NCBI GenBank assembly: GCA_963662585.1
Contig: OY759729.1
Location: forward strand, 1,216,001-1,280,000
DNA length: 64,000 bases
Reading direction: 5' to 3'
Source of the DNA: Candidatus Cloacimonadales bacterium
Lineage (GTDB): Bacteria; Cloacimonadota; Cloacimonadia; Cloacimonadales; JAFGVF01
Shown: positions 40,866 to 51,473 of the stretch, one piece after another
Layout of the letters: every line of letters begins with the position of its first letter
Numbering within the stretch: position 1 is the stretch's first letter
Program-made: the position numbers and the translations under genes
Notes under the pieces: generated by a model
The model's input: only the letters and a program-made list of their open reading frames with translations
Told to the model about the DNA's origin: nothing
Database searches by the model: none

Positions 40866-42196
40866 TGAATGATCTAGATATATTTTCCGTCCAAGAAATT
40901 AATAATCACATTAAGAATATTTTAGAGAACAATATTCCTATTCTCTATGTAGAAGGGGAAATTACTAACTTTACTCGTCACTCCTCTGGTCATATCTATT
41001 TCTCGATCAAAGATGACTTCTCAACTCTCAGATGTGTTTTTTTTAGACAAAACAATTATAACTTAGATTTCTTTCCTAAAAACGGTGATAAGGTTATCCT
41101 CTTAGGAAATATAACTCTTTATGTCAAGGGAGGCTCTTATCAATTTAATGTTCAAAAGATATTTAGTTCAGGAAAGGGAATTCTCCAAATCAAGTTTGAA
41201 CAGCTTAAAGCAAAATTAGATGCTGAAGGTTTATTTTCCTCAGTTCATAAAAAGCCAATTCCTGCCTTCCCTCAAAAAGTAGGAGTTATAACCTCAGCAA
41301 CTGGTGCTGCTCTCCAAGATATTAAGAATGTTATCTTCCGACGCTACCCAGTAGAATTAATTCTCTATCCTGCTAGCGTTCAAGGTGACCAAGCAGTTCC
41401 TGAATTGATTCAAGCTGTAACTTATTTCACTACTAATCAGATTGTTGATGTACTCATTATAGCTCGGGGGGGTGGTTCTCAAGAAGATCTCTTCTGCTTT
41501 AATGACGAAGGATTAGTAAGAGCTATTCACAAGTGCCCTATTCCTGTTATTAGTGGAGTAGGCCACGAAATAGATTTCTCTTTAACTGATTTTGTTTCTG
41601 ACCTTAGAGCTCCCACTCCTTCTGCTGCAGCTGAACTTGCTGTACCTGATAGAAGTCAGCTTCAAGACTCTCTAAACAGAATAAAAACTGAGCTTAAACT
41701 CCAGACTCAAAGTTTATTGCATCAGGAGAGAAATAGAATAAATCGTCTTAATCAAAAGTTTAACGACCTGCAAGTTGAATCTACTCTCAATCAGAATCGC
41801 TTAGAGCTTTTCGATTTAGAAAAACGCTTTTCTGCCCTAGGTAACATTACCGACTTTCTTCACCAAAAACTAAATACCCTAAGCGACAGACTTAACTATA
41901 AGTTTCTATCTAAAGCATCCTTAACAATTTCTCAAGAGAAAAATAAACTACTTAGCTACAATGCAATTATTGATAATTATCTGATTAATACTCTTAACAT
42001 GGAAAAACATAAAATTGACCTTCTGAATAGTAGAGTAGAAGCACATTCTCCTATGGGGATTTTAAAACAGGGATTTGCCTATATAACTAAAGATGATAAA
42101 TTAGTTAGTAAAGCTAAAAATCTCAACCAAGCAGACACAATTAAAATTAGATTCTATGATGGAAGTGTAGAAGCAGAAGTTACTAAAAAAGACTAA
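40865..42196 (+). CDS. xseA: Exodeoxyribonuclease VII large subunit
   Basis: GEITN, SGHIYF, VITSATGAA, RGGGSQEDL, GVGHE, RAPTPSAAAE. Confidence 0.96.
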   Translation: MNDLDIFSVQEINNHIKNILENNIPILYVEGEITNFTRHSSGHIYFSIKDDFSTLRCVFFRQNNYNLDFFPKNGDKVILLGNITLYVKGGSYQFNVQKIFSSGKGILQIKFEQLKAKLDAEGLFSSVHKKPIPAFPQKVGVITSATGAALQDIKNVIFRRYPVELILYPASVQGDQAVPELIQAVTYFTTNQIVDVLIIARGGGSQEDLFCFNDEGLVRAIHKCPIPVISGVGHEIDFSLTDFVSDLRAPTPSAAAELAVPDRSQLQDSLNRIKTELKLQTQSLLHQERNRINRLNQKFNDLQVESTLNQNRLELFDLEKRFSALGNITDFLHQKLNTLSDRLNYKFLSKASLTISQEKNKLLSYNAIIDNYLINTLNMEKHKIDLLNSRVEAHSPMGILKQGFAYITKDDKLVSKAKNLNQADTIKIRFYDGSVEAEVTKKD

Positions 42197-42199
42197 ATT

Positions 42200-42934
42200 T
42201 TAGAATTTATAATTCACAGAAAGCCAAACTTCATCTTGATTAATTATAGGACTTAATCCTAATTTAAGTTCCTTCTCACTATCAAAATACTTATCAAAAA
42301 GATAGTAGGATATCTTAGTACTTAGCATCCCGAAGCCAGCTCCAGCAGCTACATCTGTTACCCAATGACGCTCATTGAGCATCCTAAAAATACCTGTACC
42401 CAAAGCTACTGCATATCCACTTACTCCATATAGTAAAGATTGCTCTTTATATTCTTGGTAGAGAAACTCTGCTCCCATAAAGGCTGTAGCAGTATGTCCA
42501 GAAGGGAAAGAGTTGTTTGAAGAAGCATCAGGTCTCATTACATCAACTGTCGCTTTTAAAGTAAGAACTGTTACCCCCATGATAGCATAGGCTGTCCCAA
42601 GAATAATAGTTCGATCTTTGAAATTATGTTCGCCTTGAATCCCTAGTGAGTTTAATAAATAGACTGATATAAAGGGTGAATATTGAGAGAAGTCATCAAT
42701 TGTCATTTTATCATCAATATGTTCCCCAATTTCCTCTTTAACCTCATGATTATAGAATTTTAAAAAATCGCTTTCCAAACCTAAGAGGCCATAAGTAATT
42801 AAAGAGATTGGCAAAATTAATTCATAAGATTTTGTGCGCGATTGTGAAAGAGAATCCGAAACTGAAGTTGTTGAAATATTTGCATAACTATAAAAGAATA
42901 GCATCAATGAAATTAGAGTAAATAGTGTTCTCAT
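42200..42934 (-). CDS. PAP2-family phosphatase
   Basis: K-x6-RP, SFPSGH, R-x5-H-x2-D motifs. Confidence 0.9.
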   Translation of the reverse strand: MRTLFTLISLMLFFYSYANISTTSVSDSLSQSRTKSYELILPISLITYGLLGLESDFLKFYNHEVKEEIGEHIDDKMTIDDFSQYSPFISVYLLNSLGIQGEHNFKDRTIILGTAYAIMGVTVLTLKATVDVMRPDASSNNSFPSGHTATAFMGAEFLYQEYKEQSLLYGVSGYAVALGTGIFRMLNERHWVTDVAAGAGFGMLSTKISYYLFDKYFDSEKELKLGLSPIINQDEVWLSVNYKF

Positions 42935-43226
42935 ATTTATATCTTTTCCTATATTTTTTTCTCTGTTAGTGAATCTACTTAATTATCACCTCAACTATTA
43001 ATTACTAGCTCTCTTTTTTGTCAATTCCTCTTGTATTTTTTTAAATAAATTATTATCGTGGCTTCTTTTTTGCTAACATAGTCCTCCTGCTTGTCTCTTG
43101 AAAAGATATCATTTTATGGTAACTATCTTGATTCTTGAAATAGTCGTCTTAAAAAAACTTGACACAATAAATAAGAATTCCATTATATTGGAAAATAAAT
43201 ATTTTTGTTTTAAGGAAGCATTCAAC

Positions 43227-44342
43227 ATGAGAAAAATTATCTTTCTAGTCGTATTATTTTCTACCTTTATCGGTCTTGAAGCAGAGTCTATCTCTGCAGT
43301 CTGGGTCTTGCCTTGGAATTTAGTTAGAGAAGGTGCGATAGATACAGTTTTAGTAGATTTGCAAGCAAATGGACAAAACACTTTATTGGCAGAAGTTCGT
43401 TATAGAGCTGATGCTATCTATATTCCTAATAAGCAAGATTCCAGCTACATCAATACTGAAACTAGGTCTCATGTGATGAAAGGTTCTTCTTTTGATGCTT
43501 TAGAATATTTATTGCAAGAAGCAAAAAAATATGATATTAAAGTTCATGCTTGGATTACTGTTTTAGTGGTTACTCCCCACGATTTAACCAAGCTTCCTTT
43601 AGATCATTTTTACTATAAACATGGAGATTGGATAACTACAGATTTATCAGGAATAAGAATGCCCCTTACAAGTGCTGAAGGATATTTTGTTGATCCAGGT
43701 ATTGAGGAAGTTAGAAAATATACCCTCAACTTTATCAGCGATTTATTATTGAACTATCCCCAGCTAGCAGGACTTCATTTAGATTATATTCGTTACCCTG
43801 GTGAAGATTATGGTTATCATCCTCAAGCAATGGAAGTTTTTGAACAAAGTCTGAGACCTAACACTTATGGAAACAGAATGGTCTGGAAAGAAGAAATCTT
43901 AACTGCCTTTGTTAAAGATATCTACCAGAGAGTAAAAGAATTAAATCCAAAACTAGAATTAAGTGCAGCTGTTGTTGCCGACAAAGTTAAAGCCAGAGCA
44001 AAATACTCCCAAAACTGGCAAGATTGGTTAGATCAAGGGATTATTGATAGAGTCTATTTAATGGCTTATACTAAAGATGATAAGCTACTTGAAAGGCAGT
44101 TACAAGACCCAGAACTTCTTAAGTTTAAAGACAAAGTAGTAGTGGGCCTAAGGGCCTGGAGTGATGGCAATAAAAAGTATGAAGCTTCAGAAATAGTTTC
44201 CAAAATAAATATTAGTAGAATTAGCAAATTTAATGATATAGCTCTCTTTAGTTATGGTGGAATTATGGAAAATAACTATTGGAGAAGATTAAAAGAACTT
44301 TTCGTAAAAGCAAAGAATGATAAAGAAAAAGTAACAAATTAA
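43227..44342 (+). CDS. Glycoside hydrolase-like family 10 (GHL10/DUF187) protein, secreted
   Basis: Signal peptide from ATG 43227; VHAWI, DPG, GLHLDYIRYP, QNWQDW, MAY. Confidence 0.85.
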   Translation: MRKIIFLVVLFSTFIGLEAESISAVWVLPWNLVREGAIDTVLVDLQANGQNTLLAEVRYRADAIYIPNKQDSSYINTETRSHVMKGSSFDALEYLLQEAKKYDIKVHAWITVLVVTPHDLTKLPLDHFYYKHGDWITTDLSGIRMPLTSAEGYFVDPGIEEVRKYTLNFISDLLLNYPQLAGLHLDYIRYPGEDYGYHPQAMEVFEQSLRPNTYGNRMVWKEEILTAFVKDIYQRVKELNPKLELSAAVVADKVKARAKYSQNWQDWLDQGIIDRVYLMAYTKDDKLLERQLQDPELLKFKDKVVVGLRAWSDGNKKYEASEIVSKINISRISKFNDIALFSYGGIMENNYWRRLKELFVKAKNDKEKVTN

Positions 44343-44353
44343 AGTGAGAGATA

Positions 44354-47158
44354 ATGAGAGATAAACTATTTTTAATTGATGGAACAGCCTTAATTTACCG
44401 TGCCTATTTTGCTTTTATCAGAAATCCTTTGATTAATAGTAAAGGCATGAACACAAGTGCTATTTATGGAGTATTAAACTCCTTTTTGAAGATTATTGAT
44501 GAGCATGAGCCCCAATTCGTAATGGTCAGTTTTGATAGAAAAGAGAAGACTTTTAGACATGAAATGGATGAGACTTACAAAGCTAACCGTCCTCCAATGC
44601 CTGATGATTTAGTAGAGCAAATCCAACCAGTCAAGCACTTCTTTCAAATGATTAATATCCCAGAAATCTCACTTGCAGGTTACGAGGCCGATGATATTAT
44701 TGGAACTTTTGCTGAACACTTCAAAGATCAAGTTGATGTTTATATCGTAAGCGGAGATAAGGATTTTGCTCAAATTGTCCAACCGAATGTTTATCTCTTA
44801 GACCCATTTAAGAATTTACTCTTAGATGAAGCTAAGGTTAAAGAAAAATATGGCATAGATGCTTCTCAGTTTATAGACTACTTAGCAATTGTTGGTGATA
44901 CAGCTGATAATATCCCTGGAATTAAAGGCTTAGGTCCTAAAGCTGCCGAAAAGCTTCTTACTGAGTTTAAAGATTTAGACGATATTTATCAGAATTTAGA
45001 CAGTCAAAAAGGGGCTACTCTCAAAAAGTTAACAGAACATAAAGAAAATGCTTATCACTCTTTCCTTTTAGCTAAAATAAATACTGAAGTGCCAGTTGAG
45101 ATTCCTCAGTTGGATAAATTCATCTGCTGTCTAAACAACTCTTCTGATTTAAATGATTATTTTGATGAATATGAATTAAACACTTTAAAGTCAAAGCTCC
45201 ATAAAGTTATTCCAAGTCTTCAAGTTAAATCTCCAAAAATTGAGATTGAGACTACTTCAGCAGAATCAAATAGTAATCAATATGAACAAGCTTTACTCTT
45301 TGGTGATGATACTCAAGAAAATGAGTCTTTAACTCCCCAAATTAAAGATCTTAAAGAAGAGAAATTTAAGGCCATTCAGATAACATCTATAGAGGAGATG
45401 GAGAAAATTCTCTCTGCCAACGAGACTCCTTACTTAGCAATAGATACAGAGACGACCTCACTTGATACCCAGGAAGCTGAATTAGTGGGAATATCTTTCT
45501 GCTACAATGACCAAAATTCCTACTATGTAGCCTTAAATCACTTTGCTTCTGATAATCTTCATCAAACTGATGTTCTTCAAACACTTGCCAAACATATAAA
45601 TGATAAACTTATCATCGGCCATAATCTAAAGTATGACTTAAAAGTCTTAGATTATCAAGGTCTAAAAATTACAAATCCTCTTTTTGATACGATGATTGCA
45701 GGATTCCTTTTAGATCCAACCAACGATGGAAACAGTCTTGATAAATGTATGTTAAGAGAGTATGATTACACAATGCAAGCTATCGAAGAGCTAATCGGCA
45801 AGGGTAAGGCTCAAAAGAGCTTTGCTTTAGTTTCAATTCAAGATGCTACATTCTATGCTGCTGAAGATGCTTGGGCGACCTTCAAACTTTACCAAATCTA
45901 TCAAGATAAATTAAAACATCAGGGAGTATATAAATTATTCTCAGAGATTGAGATTCCCCTTATCTACTCTATCAAAAAAATGGAAATGAATGGAGCTTAC
46001 ATCGATTCTGATTTCCTTAAAAAGCTCTCTTTGGAAGTTAATGAGAGAATTAATAATCTAGTTTCAGATATCTATAATATTGCTGGCTATCAATTTAATT
46101 TGAACTCCACCCAGCAGTTGGCCAAACTACTTTTTGAAGAGATGAATATACCTCCTGTGAAAAAGACAAAAACAGGTTATTCAACAGATGTTACAGTATT
46201 AGAAACACTTGCTGAAGAATATGAAATAGTTAAATTAATGCTAGAATATAGGCAATTAGCTAAGCTTGAATCAACCTACATCTCTGCTCTACCAAAATTA
46301 GTAAATGAGAAAAGTGGAAGAATTCACTCTAGCTTTAACCAAATTGGTGCTTCTACTGGAAGACTATCTTCGACCAATCCTAATCTCCAAAATATCCCTA
46401 TCAGGACAGATTTAGGCAGTAAAATAAGAGAAGCTTTTGTTCCTCAAGATAAAGATTCACTCATCTTAGCTGCTGATTATTCTCAGATTGAGTTAAGATT
46501 ATTAGCTATTTTCTCAGGTGATTCAGTCTTGATAAATACTTTTAATGAAGGTGGAGATATTCACAGATCTACTGCTGGCTTGATTTATAACAAGCCAAGT
46601 GAAGAGATAACAAGCGAAGAGAGAAGATCTGCTAAAACTATTAACTTCGGAATTATTTATGGTATGGGAGCTCAAAAACTAAGTAAAGAATTAAACATCA
46701 CTCAAAAAGAAGCTAAAGAGTTTATTGAACACTATTTTGAAACATTCCCTACTATTAAGAAATTTATGAATGATATGGTACTTAAAGCTAAATCATTGGG
46801 TTATTGCGAAACTATCAGTGGAAGGAGACTCTTTCTACCAGCAATCAATAGTAACAACAAAAGAGCAATTAGTGAAGCAGAAAGAGTAGCTGTTAATATG
46901 CCAATTCAAGGTTCGGCTGCTGACATTATCAAAATTGCTATGAATAGTTTACATGCTAAAATTAAAGATAATCCTGATATCAAAATGATTATCCAGGTCC
47001 ATGATGAACTTGTCTTTGAAGTAAAAAAGACTGCTTTAGAAGAGATGAAGGCCTTAATCAAAACAGAAATGGAAGGTGCTTTGAGCCAAGAATATAGCAA
47101 TATTGTTAAACTTCTTGTTGATATCGGACTTGGTGAAAACTGGCTACAAGCACACTAG
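44354..47158 (+). CDS. polA: DNA polymerase I
   Basis: LIDG, EADD, IDTETT, DYSQIELR, KTINFGIIYG, QVHDEL. Confidence 0.98.
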   Translation: MRDKLFLIDGTALIYRAYFAFIRNPLINSKGMNTSAIYGVLNSFLKIIDEHEPQFVMVSFDRKEKTFRHEMDETYKANRPPMPDDLVEQIQPVKHFFQMINIPEISLAGYEADDIIGTFAEHFKDQVDVYIVSGDKDFAQIVQPNVYLLDPFKNLLLDEAKVKEKYGIDASQFIDYLAIVGDTADNIPGIKGLGPKAAEKLLTEFKDLDDIYQNLDSQKGATLKKLTEHKENAYHSFLLAKINTEVPVEIPQLDKFICCLNNSSDLNDYFDEYELNTLKSKLHKVIPSLQVKSPKIEIETTSAESNSNQYEQALLFGDDTQENESLTPQIKDLKEEKFKAIQITSIEEMEKILSANETPYLAIDTETTSLDTQEAELVGISFCYNDQNSYYVALNHFASDNLHQTDVLQTLAKHINDKLIIGHNLKYDLKVLDYQGLKITNPLFDTMIAGFLLDPTNDGNSLDKCMLREYDYTMQAIEELIGKGKAQKSFALVSIQDATFYAAEDAWATFKLYQIYQDKLKHQGVYKLFSEIEIPLIYSIKKMEMNGAYIDSDFLKKLSLEVNERINNLVSDIYNIAGYQFNLNSTQQLAKLLFEEMNIPPVKKTKTGYSTDVTVLETLAEEYEIVKLMLEYRQLAKLESTYISALPKLVNEKSGRIHSSFNQIGASTGRLSSTNPNLQNIPIRTDLGSKIREAFVPQDKDSLILAADYSQIELRLLAIFSGDSVLINTFNEGGDIHRSTAGLIYNKPSEEITSEERRSAKTINFGIIYGMGAQKLSKELNITQKEAKEFIEHYFETFPTIKKFMNDMVLKAKSLGYCETISGRRLFLPAINSNNKRAISEAERVAVNMPIQGSAADIIKIAMNSLHAKIKDNPDIKMIIQVHDELVFEVKKTALEEMKALIKTEMEGALSQEYSNIVKLLVDIGLGENWLQAH

Positions 47159-47551
47159 ATTATTGATAAAAGGGATGTTAGCTAAAACTAAACTATCTCT
47201 TCTCTCCTTAATCTTTTATTCATATCAAGTGCTCTTCCTTTGCTCTTTCTCAATCATCTCTATAATTGTTTGATTTTTATTCTAGATGAACGAGAAAGAG
47301 GATTAAGTGAGCAATTAAAGACTAAAGATATTAAGATCGAGAAGAAGTAAATTAGGAGGATTCTAGAATAAAATTTGCTAATTAAGAGTTGTTCTTTATC
47401 ACCTTAAAAGAAATAAAAGAGATAACATTATTGAATAGTTCTCTCTTTAATATATAATAATTCTCGATTTATCAAAAAAAAACTTTACTAAATAGAAGGG
47501 TATTTACATTTATACTCTATAGAAATTTTAAATAAAAATTGTGGAGGAACT

Positions 47552-49798
47552 ATGCCTCAAATGATGAGGAAGTTATTGCTAATAATTATGTTATTAGCAG
47601 TTAGTTCAATAATTGCTGCTCAGACATTATTAATAAGAAACATAAGAGTCGAAGGAAATGTTAACATAGATGATTCATTAATTTTAACAGTTTCTAAAAT
47701 GAAAATTGGTGATTTTGTAGATTATGCCAAAGTTTCTGAAACCATAAAAAGTCTCTATGCCTTAGAGGTTTTTAATAATATTTATATTGAAAAAGAAAAT
47801 ATTTCTACAGGTGTAGAAGTAATTATTAATGTTGAAGAGTACCCTATTGTAGAAGAAGTATCTTATAAAGGAAACAAAAAATATAGTACTTCTGCCTTAA
47901 AGGAGTTCGTACTCTTACGCAAAGGTAGCTACTATTCGGAATTCTTAAAGAATAAAGTAACTAGGCAAATTACTCAAAAATATACTGAAAAAGCTTATAA
48001 CAATGTTAAAGTTGAATATAAAGTTAAAGATTTAGGTGATAATAGAGTTAATGTAACAATCGAAATTGATGATGGAAATAAAATTAGAGTTAATAAAATT
48101 AGTTTCCACGGAAATCAAGAGATTACTAGTAAAAAATTAGCTAAGAAAATGAAAACAAAGACTACTAATCTTTTCCGTTCAGGTAAGTTTGAAAAAGCCC
48201 AATTCGAAGCCGATCTTCAAGCTATTGAAGCTTACTATCAAGAGTTAGGTTATATCAATGCTAAGATTAATAATCACGAAATTAAAACAGTTGAAGATAA
48301 ATTCATTCAAATCGATATATATCTGACAGAGGGTGATCAATTTAAATATGGAGATGTTATTGTTACAGGTAACAAGTTCTTCACTGAAGATGAAGTTATG
48401 AAGGTTTTAGAATTTGACGAAGATGAACCATTTAATATGGAAGATTTTAATCTGCGTCAGAATCAAATTAGAGAAATGTATTCAGAAGAAGGCTTTATCT
48501 ATAGTTCTATAGAACCTCAATTAATTAAAATTGACGATAGAGTTGATATCCAAATAAATATCGACGAACAAGTTAGAGCCAAAATTAGAAAGATTCATAT
48601 TGGTGGTAATAGAGGCACTAAAGAGAAAATTATTCGTAGGCAACTTGCTATCCATCCTGGGGACTTCTTTAAAAGATCTCAGATTCTTAGTACCCAGCAA
48701 AATATCTATAACTTAGGTTTCTTTGAACCAAATATCGGAATTGAACCTAAACCAATAAATAAAAATGGTGATGTCGATATCTACTTCGATGTTGAAGATA
48801 AGACCTCTGGAACTGCCAATGGTGGTGTTGGTTATAATAGTGTCGATGGTTTTGTGGGACAGTTAAGCTTATCTCATAATAATATCATGGGAAATAATTG
48901 GCAGTCAAGTATCTCTTATGAATTTGGTGGAACAACTCAAAATGTACAGTTTTCTTTCACTAACCCTTATACCTTTGATACCAATACCCTCACAGGATTT
49001 AGTCTCTATAATACTGAAAGAGAATGGGAAGATTACTATTACGAAATTTTCACTCGAGGTGGAAGTGTAAGAGTTGGAAGACCTATGAAAATAGTCAATA
49101 AAACCCAAGCAATCTTAGCCTACTCCTTCTATTCAAAAAAATATAATATTACTGACCAAGATCAGGTAATTGCTAATAATAATCAGAGTTTAATTGAATT
49201 AGATACTTTGGGCTGGAGAAATACAAGTTCCTTAGGACTAACGATTTCTCGTGACTCAAGAGACAATGTTTTCTTCCCAACTAAAGGCTCACAAATAACA
49301 ATCTATAACGAACTTGCAGGGGGATTCTTAGGTGGTAATTTTGATTACTATAAATTTATCTCTCAAGTTTCTTTCTATACTGAGACCTATTTCAAATTTG
49401 TCCTAAGAAATAAGTGGAGATTTGGCTATGTAACATCTTTTGGCCAATCAGCTACTGTACCTCCTGATGAGAGATTCTACCTTGGTGGAACAGGTCCTGA
49501 CGGTATTCGTGGTTACGGAGATAGATCTATCGGACCTGATGATGGTGGAACAAGAGAGATACTCTATTCTACAGAATTAGCTTATCCTATCGGTGGAGAC
49601 CAACTTATACTATTAACATTCTTAGATGCAGGAAATAGCTATAACTCACTAAATGATTTTAATTTCTTAGATTTCAAAAAAGGTGCTGGTTTAGGATTAA
49701 GAATCAGAACCCCAATGGGCCTAATCGGATTCGACTATGCCTATAACTTTGAAGAAAGAAACTGGCAACCTCACTTCCAATTCGGAACAACTTTCTAG
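47552..49798 (+). CDS. bamA: Outer membrane protein assembly factor BamA
   Basis: Five POTRA-like repeats, IRGY motif, C-terminal FQFGTTF. Confidence 0.95.
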   Translation: MPQMMRKLLLIIMLLAVSSIIAAQTLLIRNIRVEGNVNIDDSLILTVSKMKIGDFVDYAKVSETIKSLYALEVFNNIYIEKENISTGVEVIINVEEYPIVEEVSYKGNKKYSTSALKEFVLLRKGSYYSEFLKNKVTRQITQKYTEKAYNNVKVEYKVKDLGDNRVNVTIEIDDGNKIRVNKISFHGNQEITSKKLAKKMKTKTTNLFRSGKFEKAQFEADLQAIEAYYQELGYINAKINNHEIKTVEDKFIQIDIYLTEGDQFKYGDVIVTGNKFFTEDEVMKVLEFDEDEPFNMEDFNLRQNQIREMYSEEGFIYSSIEPQLIKIDDRVDIQINIDEQVRAKIRKIHIGGNRGTKEKIIRRQLAIHPGDFFKRSQILSTQQNIYNLGFFEPNIGIEPKPINKNGDVDIYFDVEDKTSGTANGGVGYNSVDGFVGQLSLSHNNIMGNNWQSSISYEFGGTTQNVQFSFTNPYTFDTNTLTGFSLYNTEREWEDYYYEIFTRGGSVRVGRPMKIVNKTQAILAYSFYSKKYNITDQDQVIANNNQSLIELDTLGWRNTSSLGLTISRDSRDNVFFPTKGSQITIYNELAGGFLGGNFDYYKFISQVSFYTETYFKFVLRNKWRFGYVTSFGQSATVPPDERFYLGGTGPDGIRGYGDRSIGPDDGGTREILYSTELAYPIGGDQLILLTFLDAGNSYNSLNDFNFLDFKKGAGLGLRIRTPMGLIGFDYAYNFEERNWQPHFQFGTTF

Positions 49799-49806
49799 AG
49801 GATAAA

Positions 49807-50763
49807 ATGAACTATAAACACTTATTCGGACCTGTCATTTCAAGGAGATTAGGTATCTCCCTCGGAGTGGATGTTGTCCCTTATAAATATTGCTCGATGA
49901 ATTGCATTTATTGCGAAGTGGGTGGAACTACTCACTTAATCAATGAAGCAGAAAACTTAGTTGATTTAACTGCTGTGATTTCCGAACTAGATGATTACAT
50001 AGCAAAAAATCCTAAGCTTGATTACATTACTTTCTCTGGAGCAGGAGAACCTCTCCTCTACTCTAGAATTGGTGAGCTAATTAACTATATCAAAGGAAAA
50101 TATCCGCAATATAAACTAGCTTTAATCACCAACAGTACCCATATTAATCGCTCAGATATCAAAACAGAGTTATTAAAATTAGATATGATAATGCCATCAC
50201 TTGATGCTGTAGATCAAGATATTTTTGAAGCTATTAATCGCCCTCATGAAAAGATTTTAGTTAAAGATATAATTACAAATCTCATTGACTTTAATCAGCA
50301 TTTCCCAGGCGAAATGTGGTTAGAAATATTCTTTGTTCCAGAGCTTAATGATTTCCCAGAAGAGTTAACTAGGATGAGAGATGTTATTAAGCAAATTAAC
50401 CCGGAAAGAGTTCAATTAAATGCCTTGGATAGACCTGGCACGGAACCATGGGTTATTCAAGAAGACAAAGAAAAATTAGACTCTATCAAAGCCTTCTTTG
50501 AATCAGGCTTACCAGATAAAATCTTGGTTGAGGTTATCAAAAAAGTTAATAAACAGCTTTATGATGAAAATCCAAGTAGCTTGGAAGTTGAAGAAAAGAT
50601 CCTTTCCACTATCAGAAGAAGGCCCTGCACTGCTCAAGATATGAGCCAAATGCTAAATATTCATATCAATGCTATAAACAAGGTATTGCATAAATTAATT
50701 GAAGAAAAAAGAATTGAAGGTGTCCATCAAGATAGAGGCATCTTCTATAAATTTATTGGATAG
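49807..50763 (+). CDS. Radical SAM protein with C-terminal HTH-like region
   Basis: FGPVISRRLG, CSMNCIYC, SGAGEP. Confidence 0.88.
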   Translation: MNYKHLFGPVISRRLGISLGVDVVPYKYCSMNCIYCEVGGTTHLINEAENLVDLTAVISELDDYIAKNPKLDYITFSGAGEPLLYSRIGELINYIKGKYPQYKLALITNSTHINRSDIKTELLKLDMIMPSLDAVDQDIFEAINRPHEKILVKDIITNLIDFNQHFPGEMWLEIFFVPELNDFPEELTRMRDVIKQINPERVQLNALDRPGTEPWVIQEDKEKLDSIKAFFESGLPDKILVEVIKKVNKQLYDENPSSLEVEEKILSTIRRRPCTAQDMSQMLNIHINAINKVLHKLIEEKRIEGVHQDRGIFYKFIG

Positions 50764-50765
50764 TT

Positions 50766-51452
50766 GTGAGAATAAGCGCTATTATTACAGCAGGTGGGTC
50801 TGGAAAAAGACTCCCTGGAAAAGTAAAAAAACAGTTTTTAAAACTGGGAGATAAGCCTATATTATTCCATACTATAGAAAGATTCTTGACAAAAAACATA
50901 GTCAATGAATTAATTATTTCCTTACCAAAAGATGATTTTGATGAAGTTGGTGAAAGTATTAGGAATAACTTTCCTGAAGCAAAAATCATATTCGTTAAAG
51001 GTGGCAAAGAAAGACAGGATTCCGTATATAACGCCCTGCTTGCTTGTTCTCCTGATTGTGATATTGTTTTGATTCACGACGGAGTTAGACCCTTTTTCGG
51101 TGAAGATGTAATTGAGAAAATGTTAGAAAAAGTTGAAGTTGGAAGAGGTGTAATTCCTGTAAGCCAAGTAAAATTCACAGTTAAAGAATGTGAAGATCAA
51201 CTGGTCAAGCGAACTCTTCCTCGAGTTAATCTTTATAATGTTCATACACCACAATGTTTTGTTTATCAAGACATTCTTAAATTGAACAAAGATGCCATAA
51301 ATGAGAGAAAACTCTATACTGATGATGCTTCCCTCTTCGAAGAAAAAGGACTAAAAGTAGCTACAGTAGCAGAAAGTGATTTTAATATTAAGATAACAAC
51401 AGAAGAAGATCTATTATTAGCAGAATTCCTGTTGTCACATCTTAAAGCATAA
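50766..51452 (+). CDS. ispD: 2-C-methyl-D-erythritol 4-phosphate cytidylyltransferase
   Basis: AGGSGKR, KQF, GGKERQDS, HDGVRP, TPQ, TDD, KITT. Confidence 0.93.
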   Translation: MRISAIITAGGSGKRLPGKVKKQFLKLGDKPILFHTIERFLTKNIVNELIISLPKDDFDEVGESIRNNFPEAKIIFVKGGKERQDSVYNALLACSPDCDIVLIHDGVRPFFGEDVIEKMLEKVEVGRGVIPVSQVKFTVKECEDQLVKRTLPRVNLYNVHTPQCFVYQDILKLNKDAINERKLYTDDASLFEEKGLKVATVAESDFNIKITTEEDLLLAEFLLSHLKA

Positions 51453-51473
51453 AAATTTGTATACGGAGAATTA

